A DNA stretch of 58,146 bases, filler included, from Deltaproteobacteria bacterium (GTDB taxonomy: Bacteria; CG2-30-53-67), in NCBI GenBank assembly GCA_013151235.1. It is 4 parts of 4 records of this genome, joined end to end, with 100 filler letters (N's around TTAATTAATTAA, not from the genome) between each part and the next. Parts side by side here need not be neighbours in the genome. Positions count along the whole stretch, not along the records: positions 1 to 31,205 come from JAADIO010000067.1; 3 more parts are not named here. One strand, given 5' to 3'. The notes beneath the pieces are model-generated. The model ran no database searches, had not been told where the DNA came from, and saw only the letters and a list, made by a program, of their open reading frames with translations. Shown here one piece after another: positions 10,777-20,905 of the stretch. Numbering within the stretch: position 1 is the first letter of the stretch; the number at the start of each line of letters is the position of its first letter. The position numbers and the translations under genes were made by a program.

Positions 10777-11050
10777 ATTCCCGCCGGTTCGCCGGCCTCT
10801 CTATCGAGAGCCCCCGACTACCGTCGGTTGTGCTTTTGCACGGCAATACTTGCACAAACTTCAAACATGGAATGCTAACAAAATGATTCTTCGATTGCAA
10901 GAAAATTTGAGTGATCTTTTTGTATTGACAACCCTTCGTTGTTTTGATAATTTTAATAACATATTGTTTTTATTGATATATTCCTGCTTTTGTCCATACG
11001 GACAACTTTTGCAAACAAAATCCAAGGGGCCCTTCTCAAAGGAAACAGGC

Positions 11051-12742
11051 ATGCACAAAATTCCGGGAAAGCTTCTCAGCACCCTCTTTCTTGCCCTCCT
11101 TCTGACCTTTCCGACCGTCCTCCATTCCATACCGGCATTCGGACAGAACCCCGAAAGCCCGGACCAGTGGATGCAGGAAGGAAAGAAACTCCATGATCAG
11201 GGTCACGACCGGAAGGCCGTCTCCTGTTTTAAAAAAGCCGTTCAGGCGCGAAAAGGTTTTGCCGACGCCTACTTCGCCATGGGCGTCAGCTATTACAAGA
11301 TGGGCCGGACGAAAAAAGCCGCCGAAGCCTTCCGGAAAGTCCTCCGGATCGACCCCTCGTCCTCCGAGACCCACAACAATCTGGCCGTCCTCTACTCTCA
11401 AATGGGAAAAACGGACGATGCCGTACGGGAGTTGAAGGAAACAATCCGCCTGAATCCCGATTATCAGCAGGGTCACCTGAACCTCGGCGATCTCTATCTT
11501 TCACAATCAATCGAAGAATATCTCAAGGCGATCCGGAGCAAAGGACCGGACCATCCGAAGGTTCGGAAAAAACTGAGGGCACTGCTGACCGCCGATCCGA
11601 AGAATGCCGATTTTCAATTTGATCTCGGTCGGCTGAACAGCCTGGAAGGAAACCTCAACGGGGCGATCCATTCCTACCGGACTTCATTAAAACTGAAGGA
11701 TCAAGCAAAAGTTCGTTTTGCTTTGGGACAGGCCTTCAAGAAAAAGAAGGCCTACACGGAGGCACTCAAAGAATTTGAAACCATCCTCAATACCTATTCC
11801 GATCCCGGGAAAGTCCGGAAAGAAATCGTCGAGATTACTCGAATCCGCCTGGCCTCTCTCACCCCGGCAACCTCCGTCAAAGCTTCTCCCGCCGCAGGCC
11901 CGGTGCAACAATATCAACTTCCGGCCCCCCTGCTGGCCCTGGAACGGGAAGGCAGCTCCGCCCTCCTCGTCGATAAGTCGACACAGACCCTCCTGCTCTA
12001 CCGGAACTTGAAGGGGAAGATCCGCTACGTTCAATCCTTTGCCTGTTCCACGGGAGAGAAGAACGGGACGAAACGGAAGATGGGCGACAAACGCACCCCG
12101 GAAGGCATCTACCTCTTTACACGGAAGATCACGGACGGGGAACTCCCCCCGGAATACGGCGAGATGGCCTTTCCCATTGACTATCCGAATCCCTTTGACC
12201 GAACGCAGGGAAAGGACGGCAACGGGATCTGGCTTCACGGCACGAATGAGCCGATCCGTTCCTATCTGCCACAGAGAACCCTGGGGTGTGTCGTCGTGAA
12301 CAACAAAGATATCGAAACGCTCGCTTCATTCATCCGGCTCCACGAAACCCCGATCATCATCTACGACAAGATCGCCTATACCGATCGTTCGGCACAGGAC
12401 CGTGTACGTCGGGAGGTTTTCGATTTTCTCACAGCCTGGAAAACCAGTTGGGAACAAAAGGATATCGACCGGTTCATCTCCTTCTATGCGCCCGCATTTT
12501 CCAGCGGCAAATGGGACCGGACCGGCTGGAAGAAATACAAGGGGTATCTCTTCCGGCAGAACCGGCACATCACCGTAAACCTGACCCCCTACCGGGTCCT
12601 GCGTCACAAGAATTACCTGACCGTCACCTTCCGACAGGAGTACCGTGCCGACCATTACCGTGACACCGGGATAAAGCGGCTCTTCCTGGTCCGGGATCGA
12701 GGCCGATTGCGAATCCTCGCGGAGGAATGGCACAAAACATGA
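11051..12742 (+). CDS. Exported TPR-repeat protein fused to a YkuD L,D-transpeptidase/carboxypeptidase domain and a C-terminal NTF2-like domain
   Basis: Signal peptide from ATG 11051; TPR helices; GDKRTPEGIY; IWLHGT...TLGCV; AWKTSWEQKDIDRFISFY. Confidence 0.85.
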   Translation: MHKIPGKLLSTLFLALLLTFPTVLHSIPAFGQNPESPDQWMQEGKKLHDQGHDRKAVSCFKKAVQARKGFADAYFAMGVSYYKMGRTKKAAEAFRKVLRIDPSSSETHNNLAVLYSQMGKTDDAVRELKETIRLNPDYQQGHLNLGDLYLSQSIEEYLKAIRSKGPDHPKVRKKLRALLTADPKNADFQFDLGRLNSLEGNLNGAIHSYRTSLKLKDQAKVRFALGQAFKKKKAYTEALKEFETILNTYSDPGKVRKEIVEITRIRLASLTPATSVKASPAAGPVQQYQLPAPLLALEREGSSALLVDKSTQTLLLYRNLKGKIRYVQSFACSTGEKNGTKRKMGDKRTPEGIYLFTRKITDGELPPEYGEMAFPIDYPNPFDRTQGKDGNGIWLHGTNEPIRSYLPQRTLGCVVVNNKDIETLASFIRLHETPIIIYDKIAYTDRSAQDRVRREVFDFLTAWKTSWEQKDIDRFISFYAPAFSSGKWDRTGWKKYKGYLFRQNRHITVNLTPYRVLRHKNYLTVTFRQEYRADHYRDTGIKRLFLVRDRGRLRILAEEWHKT

Positions 12743-12773
12743 ATCAGTTAAAAATACTGAAGAAAAATTTTAT

Positions 12774-12803
12774 TTGACATTCATGGGCACAATCATATAG
12801 AAT
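12774..12803 (+). promoter_or_regulatory. sigma70 promoter of tusA
   Basis: TTGACA-N18-TAGAAT. Confidence 0.65.
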
Positions 12804-12857
12804 TGTACCTCTGTATAAACTGATATATTTCATTCAATACATTATAAGGAGGGAAAG

Positions 12858-13088
12858 ATGCCTACCGCCGACAAAACTCTCGATTGCCAAGGGTTGAACT
12901 GCCCGCTTCCGGTCCTGAAGACCAAGAAGGCCATGGATGAACTGAGTTCGGGCCAGGTTTTGGAAATGCTTTCCACGGACCCCGGCTCCAAGAACGACAT
13001 TACCGCCTGGGCCAAGCGGACCGGGAATGAACTGGTCGAATCCATCGAAGACGGAAGCGTTTTCAAGTTCTATCTCAAAAAATCTTAA
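12858..13088 (+). CDS. tusA: TusA-family sulfur carrier
   Basis: LDCQGLNCPLP motif, 76 aa, AGGAGG RBS. Confidence 0.9.
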   Translation: MPTADKTLDCQGLNCPLPVLKTKKAMDELSSGQVLEMLSTDPGSKNDITAWAKRTGNELVESIEDGSVFKFYLKKS

Positions 13089-13123
13089 TCCGCACCGCAA
13101 GGAATCCTGATTCCCGATCGATC

Positions 13124-13161
13124 AAAACCCCACGAAGTGAAGCTTTCCGTGGGGTTTTTTT
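13124..13161 (+). terminator. Rho-independent terminator
   Basis: AAAACCCCACG...CGTGGGG followed by T7. Confidence 0.8.
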
Positions 13162-13178
13162 ATGTGATGAGGCGGATC

Positions 13179-14018
13179 ATGTCTCCCCCGTTTCCGGTGA
13201 TCGGCAGACGCGCCCTCTTCCTGTACATGCTCTTCTTTTTATTGGCGACACAAGGATGTACGCTCCTGCGCCCTTTACCGGCCGGGGTTCTGGGAGAGTC
13301 GGCAACCCTCTCGAAGGTCCGGATTACCTTCCGCTTTCAACCTACAGATCGGCCGGCCCTGCCGCTCATCAAGAAAACCATCCAGGCAGCTCTCCCCCGC
13401 ATCAGGAAATGGGGCCGAATCACTCATCCCGTTACGGTCATCATCTGTCCCGACCATGATGCCCTGGAACGGGCGGTCCACCGGCACGGCTACCGATGGC
13501 TCAAAGCCTGGGCCACGGAAAAGACGGTGTATATCCAGTCGCCCCGGTCCTGGCTTCTGTTCAGCAGAAAACGGTTTTCCGAATTAATGACGCATGAGCT
13601 GACCCACGTCGTCCACTACCAGACGGCGGGGATTGCAGCAAGCCGCACCACCCGTAACGACCCCCTATGGTTCCGGGAAGGACTCGCCTCCTGGACCGCC
13701 GGCCAGGGATACCGTCGCTATTCCCGCAGGAACCTGCTGCGCAAGCTACGCGCACACCCCGGCTTCCATCCACTCCGGCCCACGTCAAGAGAGATCAAGG
13801 GGCGGCAGAAGCTGGTCTATTCCGCCGCCCACCAGATGGTCACTTACCTGATCGAGGAATACGGAGAGGAGAAAATCCGGGAAGTGCTGCACCGAATTTC
13901 AGAGGGTTGTTCCTTTCACCAGGCCTTCCGGGCGACCTATGGCCTTACCGAAGAAACGATGATGAAGGGATGGAAGAGGTGGCTTGACAAATCGCCGTGC
14001 AACGACCGGCGCATCTAA
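13179..14018 (+). CDS. Putative lipoprotein with peptidase MA-like (gluzincin) domain
   Basis: Hydrophobic stretch ending in TQGC lipobox; HELTH...WFREGLA; start codon uncertain. Confidence 0.7.
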   Translation: MSPPFPVIGRRALFLYMLFFLLATQGCTLLRPLPAGVLGESATLSKVRITFRFQPTDRPALPLIKKTIQAALPRIRKWGRITHPVTVIICPDHDALERAVHRHGYRWLKAWATEKTVYIQSPRSWLLFSRKRFSELMTHELTHVVHYQTAGIAASRTTRNDPLWFREGLASWTAGQGYRRYSRRNLLRKLRAHPGFHPLRPTSREIKGRQKLVYSAAHQMVTYLIEEYGEEKIREVLHRISEGCSFHQAFRATYGLTEETMMKGWKRWLDKSPCNDRRI

Positions 14019-14112
14019 CGAATTTCGTCGTTCGCCGATCCGGGACCGTTTCCGTCACATCGGATATCGTGCGGATTTTTCGTGCTGTAAGGACGGACGG
14101 ATGTCTCTACTT

Positions 14113-14580
14113 TCAAAAGATGGAGGCAAGCCGGTCAAAGGACTTGCGAAGCCGGAGGGAAACGGCGGCCAGCATTCCCTTCAGGAGTTTGCTGCCCAAC
14201 TCCGGGTTTTCCCGGATGATCGTCTCCAGATCCTCCCGGTCGAGGGTCAAAAGATCGGCGGCTTCGATCACCACGGCGCTTACAGCACGTTGGACATTGT
14301 TGAGAATGCAGAGTTCCCCTACGATAGACCCTTTCCCATAGAGGCCGACCACCACCTGTTTTTCTTTAAACTCAGTCGCCTTACGGACTTCGATCCGGCC
14401 GGAGATGATAAAGGCCACATAATCCTCTTCATCACCTTCCTTCCAGAGAATCGAACCGGCAGGCGCCTGCCGGCAATGAAAAAAAGGGGACAGCACTTCG
14501 ATATCTTGATCATTCAGAAAACTGAAAAACTGAAAATTCCGCTTCATTCTCCGGCAAATCGACTGTCTTGAATCCGTCAT
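14113..14580 (-). CDS. Stand-alone cyclic nucleotide-binding domain protein
   Basis: KEGD..IISGRIEV..GSIVGEL..RAVSAV; no HTH; overlaps the mlaC stop. Confidence 0.8.
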   Translation of the reverse strand: MTDSRQSICRRMKRNFQFFSFLNDQDIEVLSPFFHCRQAPAGSILWKEGDEEDYVAFIISGRIEVRKATEFKEKQVVVGLYGKGSIVGELCILNNVQRAVSAVVIEAADLLTLDREDLETIIRENPELGSKLLKGMLAAVSLRLRKSFDRLASIF

Positions 14581-15188
14581 GACGACCGCTTTGTCTCCTT
14601 CGGTTTCTTTAATTCCTCAATTTTTGCTTCCATCTTCAACAAAAGAGCAGGAAAACCTTCCTGTTTGACAATATCCCGATAACTGCTCCGGAAGTTCCGG
14701 ATCAGGCTAACCTCTTCCACCACGACATCATAGACCCGCCACTGCCCCCCCCGAAGGTGGAGCCGGTAGGTAATGGGAATCTTCACACTCGGGGTAATGA
14801 TATGGGTCTCCACAATGGCCTTTTTCTTCCTGATCCGTTCCTTGTCATAGACGACACGTTCATTATGGTAAGTCTCAATCCGCCCGATATAGGTTGCCTC
14901 TAAAAGTTCCGTAAAGAGTTTCACGAATTGTTCCTGTTGCCCGGGCGTTGCTTTTCTCCAGTTCATGGCCAGGGTCCGCTGAGACATGGAGTGGAAGTCG
15001 AACCGCTTCCGGATGACCTTGCGCAGAGCCGCTCTCCGGACGTCCCGGTCAAGATCCTTCTGTTTGAGAATCCCGATCACGGCATCAACGGTCCCCTTCA
15101 TCTGTGTCAGCGGGGAAGGATCGGCCGCCTCTGCAATCCGGCAACAAAAGAAAAGGACCAGGACGATCGACAGGGTTTTCTTCAACAT
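14577..15188 (-). CDS. mlaC: MlaC/Ttg2D periplasmic phospholipid-binding protein
   Basis: FDFHSMSQRTLAMNW, WRVYDVVVEEVSLIRNFR; GGAGGA RBS before MLKK. Confidence 0.9.
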   Translation of the reverse strand: MLKKTLSIVLVLFFCCRIAEAADPSPLTQMKGTVDAVIGILKQKDLDRDVRRAALRKVIRKRFDFHSMSQRTLAMNWRKATPGQQEQFVKLFTELLEATYIGRIETYHNERVVYDKERIRKKKAIVETHIITPSVKIPITYRLHLRGGQWRVYDVVVEEVSLIRNFRSSYRDIVKQEGFPALLLKMEAKIEELKKPKETKRSS

Positions 15189-15295
15189 TATCGACTCCTC
15201 CATGACAAGTCTGACGAAACCGATACCGATTCCCCGCTCCCTGTACCCGAATCCTATCACAAGAACAGGATTCGGGGAAACGATTCCCGGAAAAA

Positions 15296-16069
15296 TCATT
15301 TCTTGATAAATCCATCCCTTCTCTGGCCGTAGGCGTTCCGAATAAAGAGATAGGGATCCAGGGATTCCCTCTTGATGCTCTCATAGGTGTCTTGGTCGAG
15401 GGAGAGGGCATTGACGGAATAATACGCCCGCACCCCGATCTTCGCACCATCGCCGATCCCCAGGTAATAAATCGGGTTCAGGGCACCGTCGGCCAGCAGA
15501 CCGATCCCATCACGGAGGTTGCTCGGTCCGAGGAAGGGAAGAACAATGTAGAACCCTCCCCCGACGCCGTACCGTCCCAGGGTCTGGCCGAAATCCTCTT
15601 CCTTTTTCACCAAACCGGCATCGTTTCCGGCCGGGTCGAAGAAACCGGCACATCCCACGGTGGTATTCACAAGAAAGCGGGTCAGCTCGTTGCCGGCATC
15701 CTGGAATTTCAACTGCAATAGAGAATTTACGAACCGTACCGGTGTAAAAAGGTTGGAAAAGAAGTCCGCCACGGAGACCCGGGCCTGTTCCGGTACAATC
15801 CGGTAGGCCTTCGCCACCGGCTTGAAGAGGTAAAAATAAACCTTGTCATTGAACCGGAAGATCACACGGTTCACCGGTTCCAGGGGGTCGGGAACCTCCG
15901 TTTCCACCTCGTCCCCGAAGTCATCCTGAAAATCGGCATCGGATCCATCGTCCGAGGCCGTCTGCATTCGGAGGGTTTCCTCTCCGGAACGGACGGTTTT
16001 GACATCTGCTGCATGGGCAGGCAGGGTCAAAACGAAGAGAAAAAGCAGGACCACCATCATGGTTTTCAT
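15296..16069 (-). CDS. mlaA: MlaA/VacJ family protein
   Basis: DPLEPVNR, EDFGQTLG, LPFLGPSNLRD, DPYLFIRNAY. Confidence 0.92.
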   Translation of the reverse strand: MKTMMVVLLFLFVLTLPAHAADVKTVRSGEETLRMQTASDDGSDADFQDDFGDEVETEVPDPLEPVNRVIFRFNDKVYFYLFKPVAKAYRIVPEQARVSVADFFSNLFTPVRFVNSLLQLKFQDAGNELTRFLVNTTVGCAGFFDPAGNDAGLVKKEEDFGQTLGRYGVGGGFYIVLPFLGPSNLRDGIGLLADGALNPIYYLGIGDGAKIGVRAYYSVNALSLDQDTYESIKRESLDPYLFIRNAYGQRRDGFIKK

Positions 16070-16136
16070 CAGCTTTGCTCCCGGGTCATCATTTCGAAAC
16101 GGATCAGCTTGATTCTATCTTCCCATAGTCGGTCCG

Positions 16137-16586
16137 TTATTTCTTTTCAAAGATATACTTACTCACCAACTCCTCCAGGTTGATCGCCGATTCCGTCTCC
16201 GTAATCTCTCCGCCGGGTTTTATGTAATCTTCCGACCCCCCGGGGGTAATGCTGACGTAACGGTCTCCAATGATTCCGGCCGTACGGATCGATGCGATGC
16301 TGTCATCCTGCAGCTTGACCTTCTTGTTGATGGACATATCGACGACCGCTTCGTACTCCTTCGGGTCGAGCCTGATCGATGCGACCTTTCCCACCTTCAC
16401 TCCGCCGATCTCCACGTAAGCACCGACCTTCAGCCCGGCAATGGAATCAAATCTCGCATCAACGGTATAGGTCTTATTGTTTCCCCAGAGTTCCACGCCG
16501 CCCAGCTTGATCGAGAGATAGGCAAAACAGAGAAACCCAAGAATCACGAATACCCCCACCGCCGTTTCGATATTAAGTCGTTTCAT
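16137..16586 (-). CDS. mlaD: MCE protein MlaD
   Basis: N-terminal TM, GLKVGAYVEIGGVKVGKV, TAGIIGDRYV. Confidence 0.92.
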   Translation of the reverse strand: MKRLNIETAVGVFVILGFLCFAYLSIKLGGVELWGNNKTYTVDARFDSIAGLKVGAYVEIGGVKVGKVASIRLDPKEYEAVVDMSINKKVKLQDDSIASIRTAGIIGDRYVSITPGGSEDYIKPGGEITETESAINLEELVSKYIFEKK

Positions 16587-17373
16587 AGAGATCGGTCTCC
16601 TCCATCTCACTGGAATAGATCGGCCCCATCGTCGTCTCGACGAAGGAGCGGATATGTGGATTACCGGAAAGCTGAAACTCCTCCGGCGACATGCATCCCT
16701 GGATTTTGCAGTCGGCCAGCAGGGCAACATAGTCGGAGAGCTTAAAGATCTTCGGCACATCATGACTGACCATCACGGCCGTATATTTCAGGTGTGCCTG
16801 GGTCTTGTAAAAAAGCCGGTAGATCTCATTGCTCTTGTTTACATCCAGTCCCGTGGTCGGTTCATCGTAGAAGACCACCTTCGGATTCAGCACCAACGCC
16901 CGGGCCAGTCCAACCCGCTTCTGCATCCCGCCGCTGATCTGCGCCGGATATTTTTCTCCGGCCCCCTGCAAATCGAGCATCGAAAGCTTCTCTTCCACAT
17001 TCCGACGGATCTCCCCTTCCGTCGCCTTTGTCCGCTCCCGAAGCGGCAGGGCCACGTTATCATAGACCGTCATGGAATCAAAAAGAGCAACATTCTGAAA
17101 GAGAACACCGAAATTGCGGCGTACCCGGTTCATCTCCTTCTTGTTCAGCCGGGCCATATCCTCTCCGAAAACGAGGACCTTCCCCGCATCCGGACGCACC
17201 AAGCCGAGCATGTGCTTTAAAATTACGCTCTTTCCCTGACCGCTTGCCCCGACAATGACCGTGGTTGTTCCTTCCCGGACGGTCAGATTCACCTTATCCA
17301 GAACCTTCTGCGTTCCGAAAGATTTCTCCACGTCCACTAATTGGATAACTACATTTTTCTGATCTTCACTCAT
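16573..17373 (-). CDS. mlaF: Mla ABC ATPase
   Basis: GASGQGKS, ISGGMQKRVGLAR, DEPTTGLD. Confidence 0.92.
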   Translation of the reverse strand: MSEDQKNVVIQLVDVEKSFGTQKVLDKVNLTVREGTTTVIVGASGQGKSVILKHMLGLVRPDAGKVLVFGEDMARLNKKEMNRVRRNFGVLFQNVALFDSMTVYDNVALPLRERTKATEGEIRRNVEEKLSMLDLQGAGEKYPAQISGGMQKRVGLARALVLNPKVVFYDEPTTGLDVNKSNEIYRLFYKTQAHLKYTAVMVSHDVPKIFKLSDYVALLADCKIQGCMSPEEFQLSGNPHIRSFVETTMGPIYSSEMEETDLYETT

Positions 17374-17408
17374 TTAGCAGACCCGACACCGAATAAAGTC
17401 TGTCATCC

Positions 17409-17534
17409 ACGGCACAGTAAAAAGCTCCGGATGCAAGACACAAAGATTTTGAGGAGAGAGGCGTACTTTATTTTTACGTCGCAACGAACTCAAAATCCGA
17501 CAAACCCAGCAGACGGACTTTTTACGAAGCCGTC
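17409..17534. mobile_element. Structured intergenic element, family B, copy 1
   Basis: ACGGCACAGTAAAAAG...CTTTTTACGAAGCCGT imperfect terminal inverted repeats; collinear with 49084-49207. Confidence 0.75.
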
Positions 17535-18322
17535 TAAAGAAGAATGGCGCTGATCAGGTAATCCCACACCAGTATCGTCACCGATGCCAGCACCACCGCA
17601 CTGGTCGTATTCCGGCTCACACCCTCCGCCCCGAAACCACCGGAGCGGTCGAAATGGAGAAAATATCCCTTGGCCGCGGTCAGCCAGACGATCAGCAGGC
17701 CGAAGGTCAACGATTTTACCAGTCCCATCTCGATGTCCTTCCAAACCACGCTGGCGTACATCCCCTGAAAATAGGTCCCGCTGTTGACCCCCAACAGGTA
17801 GACCCCGACGAGACAGCCGCCGAAGATCCCGACCACGTCGAATATGAATGTCAAAAGCGGCAGGGAGATAATTCCGGCAATCAATTTCGGTACCATGAGG
17901 TATTTGTAGGGGTCGATGGCCATGCACTCAAGGGCATCGATCTGCTCGGAATTCCGCATGATGCCGATCTCGGCGCAGATGGCGGAACCTGCCCGGCCGA
18001 TCACCATAAGGGCGGTGAGCACCGGGCCTAATTCCCGGATCAGGCTCAGGGCCACGGCCGATCCCAAAAGCCCCTCCGACCCGAACTTGCGGAGCGTATA
18101 ATATCCCTGCAGTCCGAGGACCATTCCCGTAAAAGCACCTGTGAAGAGAATCACGAAGATCGACCTGGCCCCGATGAAATTGATCTGCCGAATGACGGGA
18201 AAGATTTTGTAGGGCGGTTTCAGGGCATTGACGATGCAGGAGAAAAGAAAGATCCCCATCCGCCCCGTATGTTCCACGAAGTATAGAAAACCATCACCTA
18301 ACTTTTCCAGTGGCTTTTGCAT
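17534..18322 (-). CDS. mlaE: Mla permease
   Basis: RELGPVLTALMVIGRAGSAICAEIG.M..SEQIDAL. Confidence 0.93.
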   Translation of the reverse strand: MQKPLEKLGDGFLYFVEHTGRMGIFLFSCIVNALKPPYKIFPVIRQINFIGARSIFVILFTGAFTGMVLGLQGYYTLRKFGSEGLLGSAVALSLIRELGPVLTALMVIGRAGSAICAEIGIMRNSEQIDALECMAIDPYKYLMVPKLIAGIISLPLLTFIFDVVGIFGGCLVGVYLLGVNSGTYFQGMYASVVWKDIEMGLVKSLTFGLLIVWLTAAKGYFLHFDRSGGFGAEGVSRNTTSAVVLASVTILVWDYLISAILL

Positions 18323-18342
18323 CGTATCTTTAATTAATGTTA

Positions 18343-18456
18343 ATGGTCTCGTAAAAAGCCATTCTCCGGGTTCCGTTCATGGTTCGACAGGCTTCCGAGC
18401 ATGGTGAGCTTGCCGAAGCCATCGAAGGGGCAGGTGGACTTTTTACGACTTCATCA
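18343..18456. mobile_element. Family A element, copy 2 (internally shortened)
   Basis: ATGGTCTCGTAAAAAG...GACTTTTTACGACTTCATCA with a CCGTTCATGGTTCGACAGGCT module. Confidence 0.78.
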
Positions 18457-18723
18457 ATGTTAATGGACCGGTGGGAAAAAGAAAAGAAGAGCAAAGACCG
18501 GAGAACCGATCGACCTCTCCTGCAAATATCCGTAACGAATTGTACTGTTCTTTTGTCGGAATAAAAAGTCTGGAACTTGAACATAAAATAGCACCACCCG
18601 TCCCTTTACGTCAACCGGAATCACCTCCAGCGAGGGAAAGAATAAAACGTTTCTTCTCCTTGATTTTCACCGCCTCTTATACTACTCTCCTTCCAGTCGG
18701 ACAGGCCCACACAAAGTAATTTC

Positions 18724-20445
18724 ATGGAAGGACGGAACAAGATGCCTCCATTGGAACCGAAAACTTCATCAGACTTTATTCGAACGATTATTGCGCAGGA
18801 CCTCCGGGAGGGCCGGTTTGACGGTCCCGTCCATACCCGTTTCCCGCCGGAGCCGAACGGGTATCTGCACATCGGGCATGCCAAGTCGATCTGCCTCAAT
18901 TTCGGGATCGCAGCGGAATATGACGGGGGGCTGTGTAATCTCCGTTTCGACGACACCAATCCCGCCAGAGAGGAAGCGGAGTACATCGAAGCAATCCGTG
19001 AGGATCTCCGCTGGCTCGGATTTGACTGGGGAGGCCGGGAATACTACGCCTCCGACTATTTTGACCGGCTCTACGAATTCGCATGCCGGTTAATCCGGGA
19101 GGAGAAGGCCTACGTAGACGACCTGACGCCGGAGGAAATTCGGGAATACCGCGGCACCCCCTTCGAAGCGGGGCGGGAAAGCCCCCACCGAAACCGGAGC
19201 GTGGAAGAGAACCTTGATCTTTTCGAACGGATGCGACAAGGGGAATTCCCCGACGGAAGCCGGGTCCTCCGGGCAAAAATCGATATGGCCCACCCGAATC
19301 TGAACATGCGGGACCCCGTCCTCTACCGGGTCCTCCACGCCCCCCATCATCGGACCGGGCACAAGTGGTGCATCTACCCCATGTACGACTTCGCCCACGG
19401 TCAGTCCGATTCCATCGAAGGGATCACCCACTCCATCTGCACCCTCGAATTCGAGGATCACCGCCCCCTCTACGACTGGTTCCTCGATGCGCTGAAGATC
19501 CATCACCCGCGACAGATTGAATTTGCACGGCTCAATCTCACCCACACCGTAATGAGCAAACGGAAGTTGCTGCGACTTGTCGAGGAAGGACATGTGGAGG
19601 GCTGGGACGACCCGAGGATGCCGACCCTTTCGGGACTCCGGCGCCGCGGCTATACCCCCGACGCCATCCGGAATTTCTGTACACGGATCGGTGTCGCCAA
19701 AAAGGCAAGCACGGTCGACATTGCCCTGCTGGAGCATTGCCTACGGGAGGATCTGAACAAGAGAGCCCGACGCGCCATGGGGGTCATCCATCCGCTGAAG
19801 GTCGTCATCGACAACTATCCTGAAGGAAAGGTGGATGAACTGGACGCCGTCAACAATCCTGAAGATCCCTCCGCAGGAACCCGGAAGGTCCCCTTCTCCC
19901 GGGTCGTTTACATTGAAAAAGACGATTTTATGGAAGATCCACCGAAAAAATTCTACCGACTGGCGCCGGGACGCGAGGTACGGCTCCGTTATGCCTACTT
20001 CATCACCTGCGTCGACCTGGTAAAGGATGAAAAAACGGGGGAAATCATCGAAATTCACTGCACCTACGACCCGGAAACCCGGGGGGGGGATGCACCGGAT
20101 GGCCGAAAGGTCAAAGCAACCCTCCACTGGGTCTCGGCCGTCCACGCCGTCTCCGCCGAAGTCCGGCTCTATGATCATCTGTTCAGCGAAGCCGATCCCG
20201 ACCGGGGAGAAGAAGGCAAGAATTTTCTCGACTGTCTCAATCCAGGCTCAAAGGAAATCCTGCGGGAATGCCGGATGGAACCGTCGGTAACGACAATGGA
20301 GAAAGGGAAGACGTTCCAACTGGAACGTCTCGGCTATTTCTGTGTCGATTCAAAGGATTCGGGCAATGATCATATCGTACTGAATCGTACGGTCACCCTG
20401 CGTGATACATGGGCCAGGATCAGAAAAAGAGGTTCAAAGCAGTAA
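18724..20445 (+). CDS. glnS: Glutamine--tRNA ligase
   Basis: [32 protein letters not shown]. Confidence 0.97.
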   Translation: MEGRNKMPPLEPKTSSDFIRTIIAQDLREGRFDGPVHTRFPPEPNGYLHIGHAKSICLNFGIAAEYDGGLCNLRFDDTNPAREEAEYIEAIREDLRWLGFDWGGREYYASDYFDRLYEFACRLIREEKAYVDDLTPEEIREYRGTPFEAGRESPHRNRSVEENLDLFERMRQGEFPDGSRVLRAKIDMAHPNLNMRDPVLYRVLHAPHHRTGHKWCIYPMYDFAHGQSDSIEGITHSICTLEFEDHRPLYDWFLDALKIHHPRQIEFARLNLTHTVMSKRKLLRLVEEGHVEGWDDPRMPTLSGLRRRGYTPDAIRNFCTRIGVAKKASTVDIALLEHCLREDLNKRARRAMGVIHPLKVVIDNYPEGKVDELDAVNNPEDPSAGTRKVPFSRVVYIEKDDFMEDPPKKFYRLAPGREVRLRYAYFITCVDLVKDEKTGEIIEIHCTYDPETRGGDAPDGRKVKATLHWVSAVHAVSAEVRLYDHLFSEADPDRGEEGKNFLDCLNPGSKEILRECRMEPSVTTMEKGKTFQLERLGYFCVDSKDSGNDHIVLNRTVTLRDTWARIRKRGSKQ

Positions 20446-20544
20446 ATAACATAGAGTTCTCCTGCTGTAAGTATTCCAGCGGCCCGGTTTTCACCTTTGT
20501 GCCCGGGGCAGCCTCGCCCTTTACGGGTGACGAAGCCCTTTCCT

Positions 20545-20850
20545 CTATTCTCCCCTCAGAGTCGCCAGGAGGGTGGCGGCAAACTGATAGTCCACCCCCT
20601 CTTCCTCTTTGACTTTCTTGTAAAAGTTACACTCCCGGCAATTATCAAACTTCTTCGCGAAGGTCCCCTGGGTCTCACCCCCACACATCGTCCCGGCAAG
20701 AACCCAGCAGGACCGCCCCCCCTTGATCCCATCGTGGATACCGTCAAGCCTTTTCTCCATTGCTGCAGGACATTCTCCTGATTTAGAGACATTGGCCCCT
20801 CCCGGCTCCCGTCCGCATTCCTTGAACTCCCAACAATTGAGTTTGCTCAT
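20545..20850 (-). CDS. Small Cys-rich two-CW-type domain protein
   Basis: NCWEFKECGREPGG..CPA..CWVLAGTMC..CRECNFY; GGAGG RBS upstream. Confidence 0.75.
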   Translation of the reverse strand: MSKLNCWEFKECGREPGGANVSKSGECPAAMEKRLDGIHDGIKGGRSCWVLAGTMCGGETQGTFAKKFDNCRECNFYKKVKEEEGVDYQFAATLLATLRGE

Positions 20851-20905
20851 AAGGCCCAACCTCCATCGTAGAATCCAGAAGCATAAATGTAACTGTTCTA
20901 TTACA

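Noticed and set aside
10658-11050. N-terminal extension of the 694-aa ORF
   Set aside because: It overlaps the rpsB leader and promoter; a signal peptide begins at ATG 11051.
14013-14100. attC site after the peptidase gene (ATCTAAC overlapping the stop)
   Set aside because: No complementary GTTRRRY end or L boxes are present downstream.
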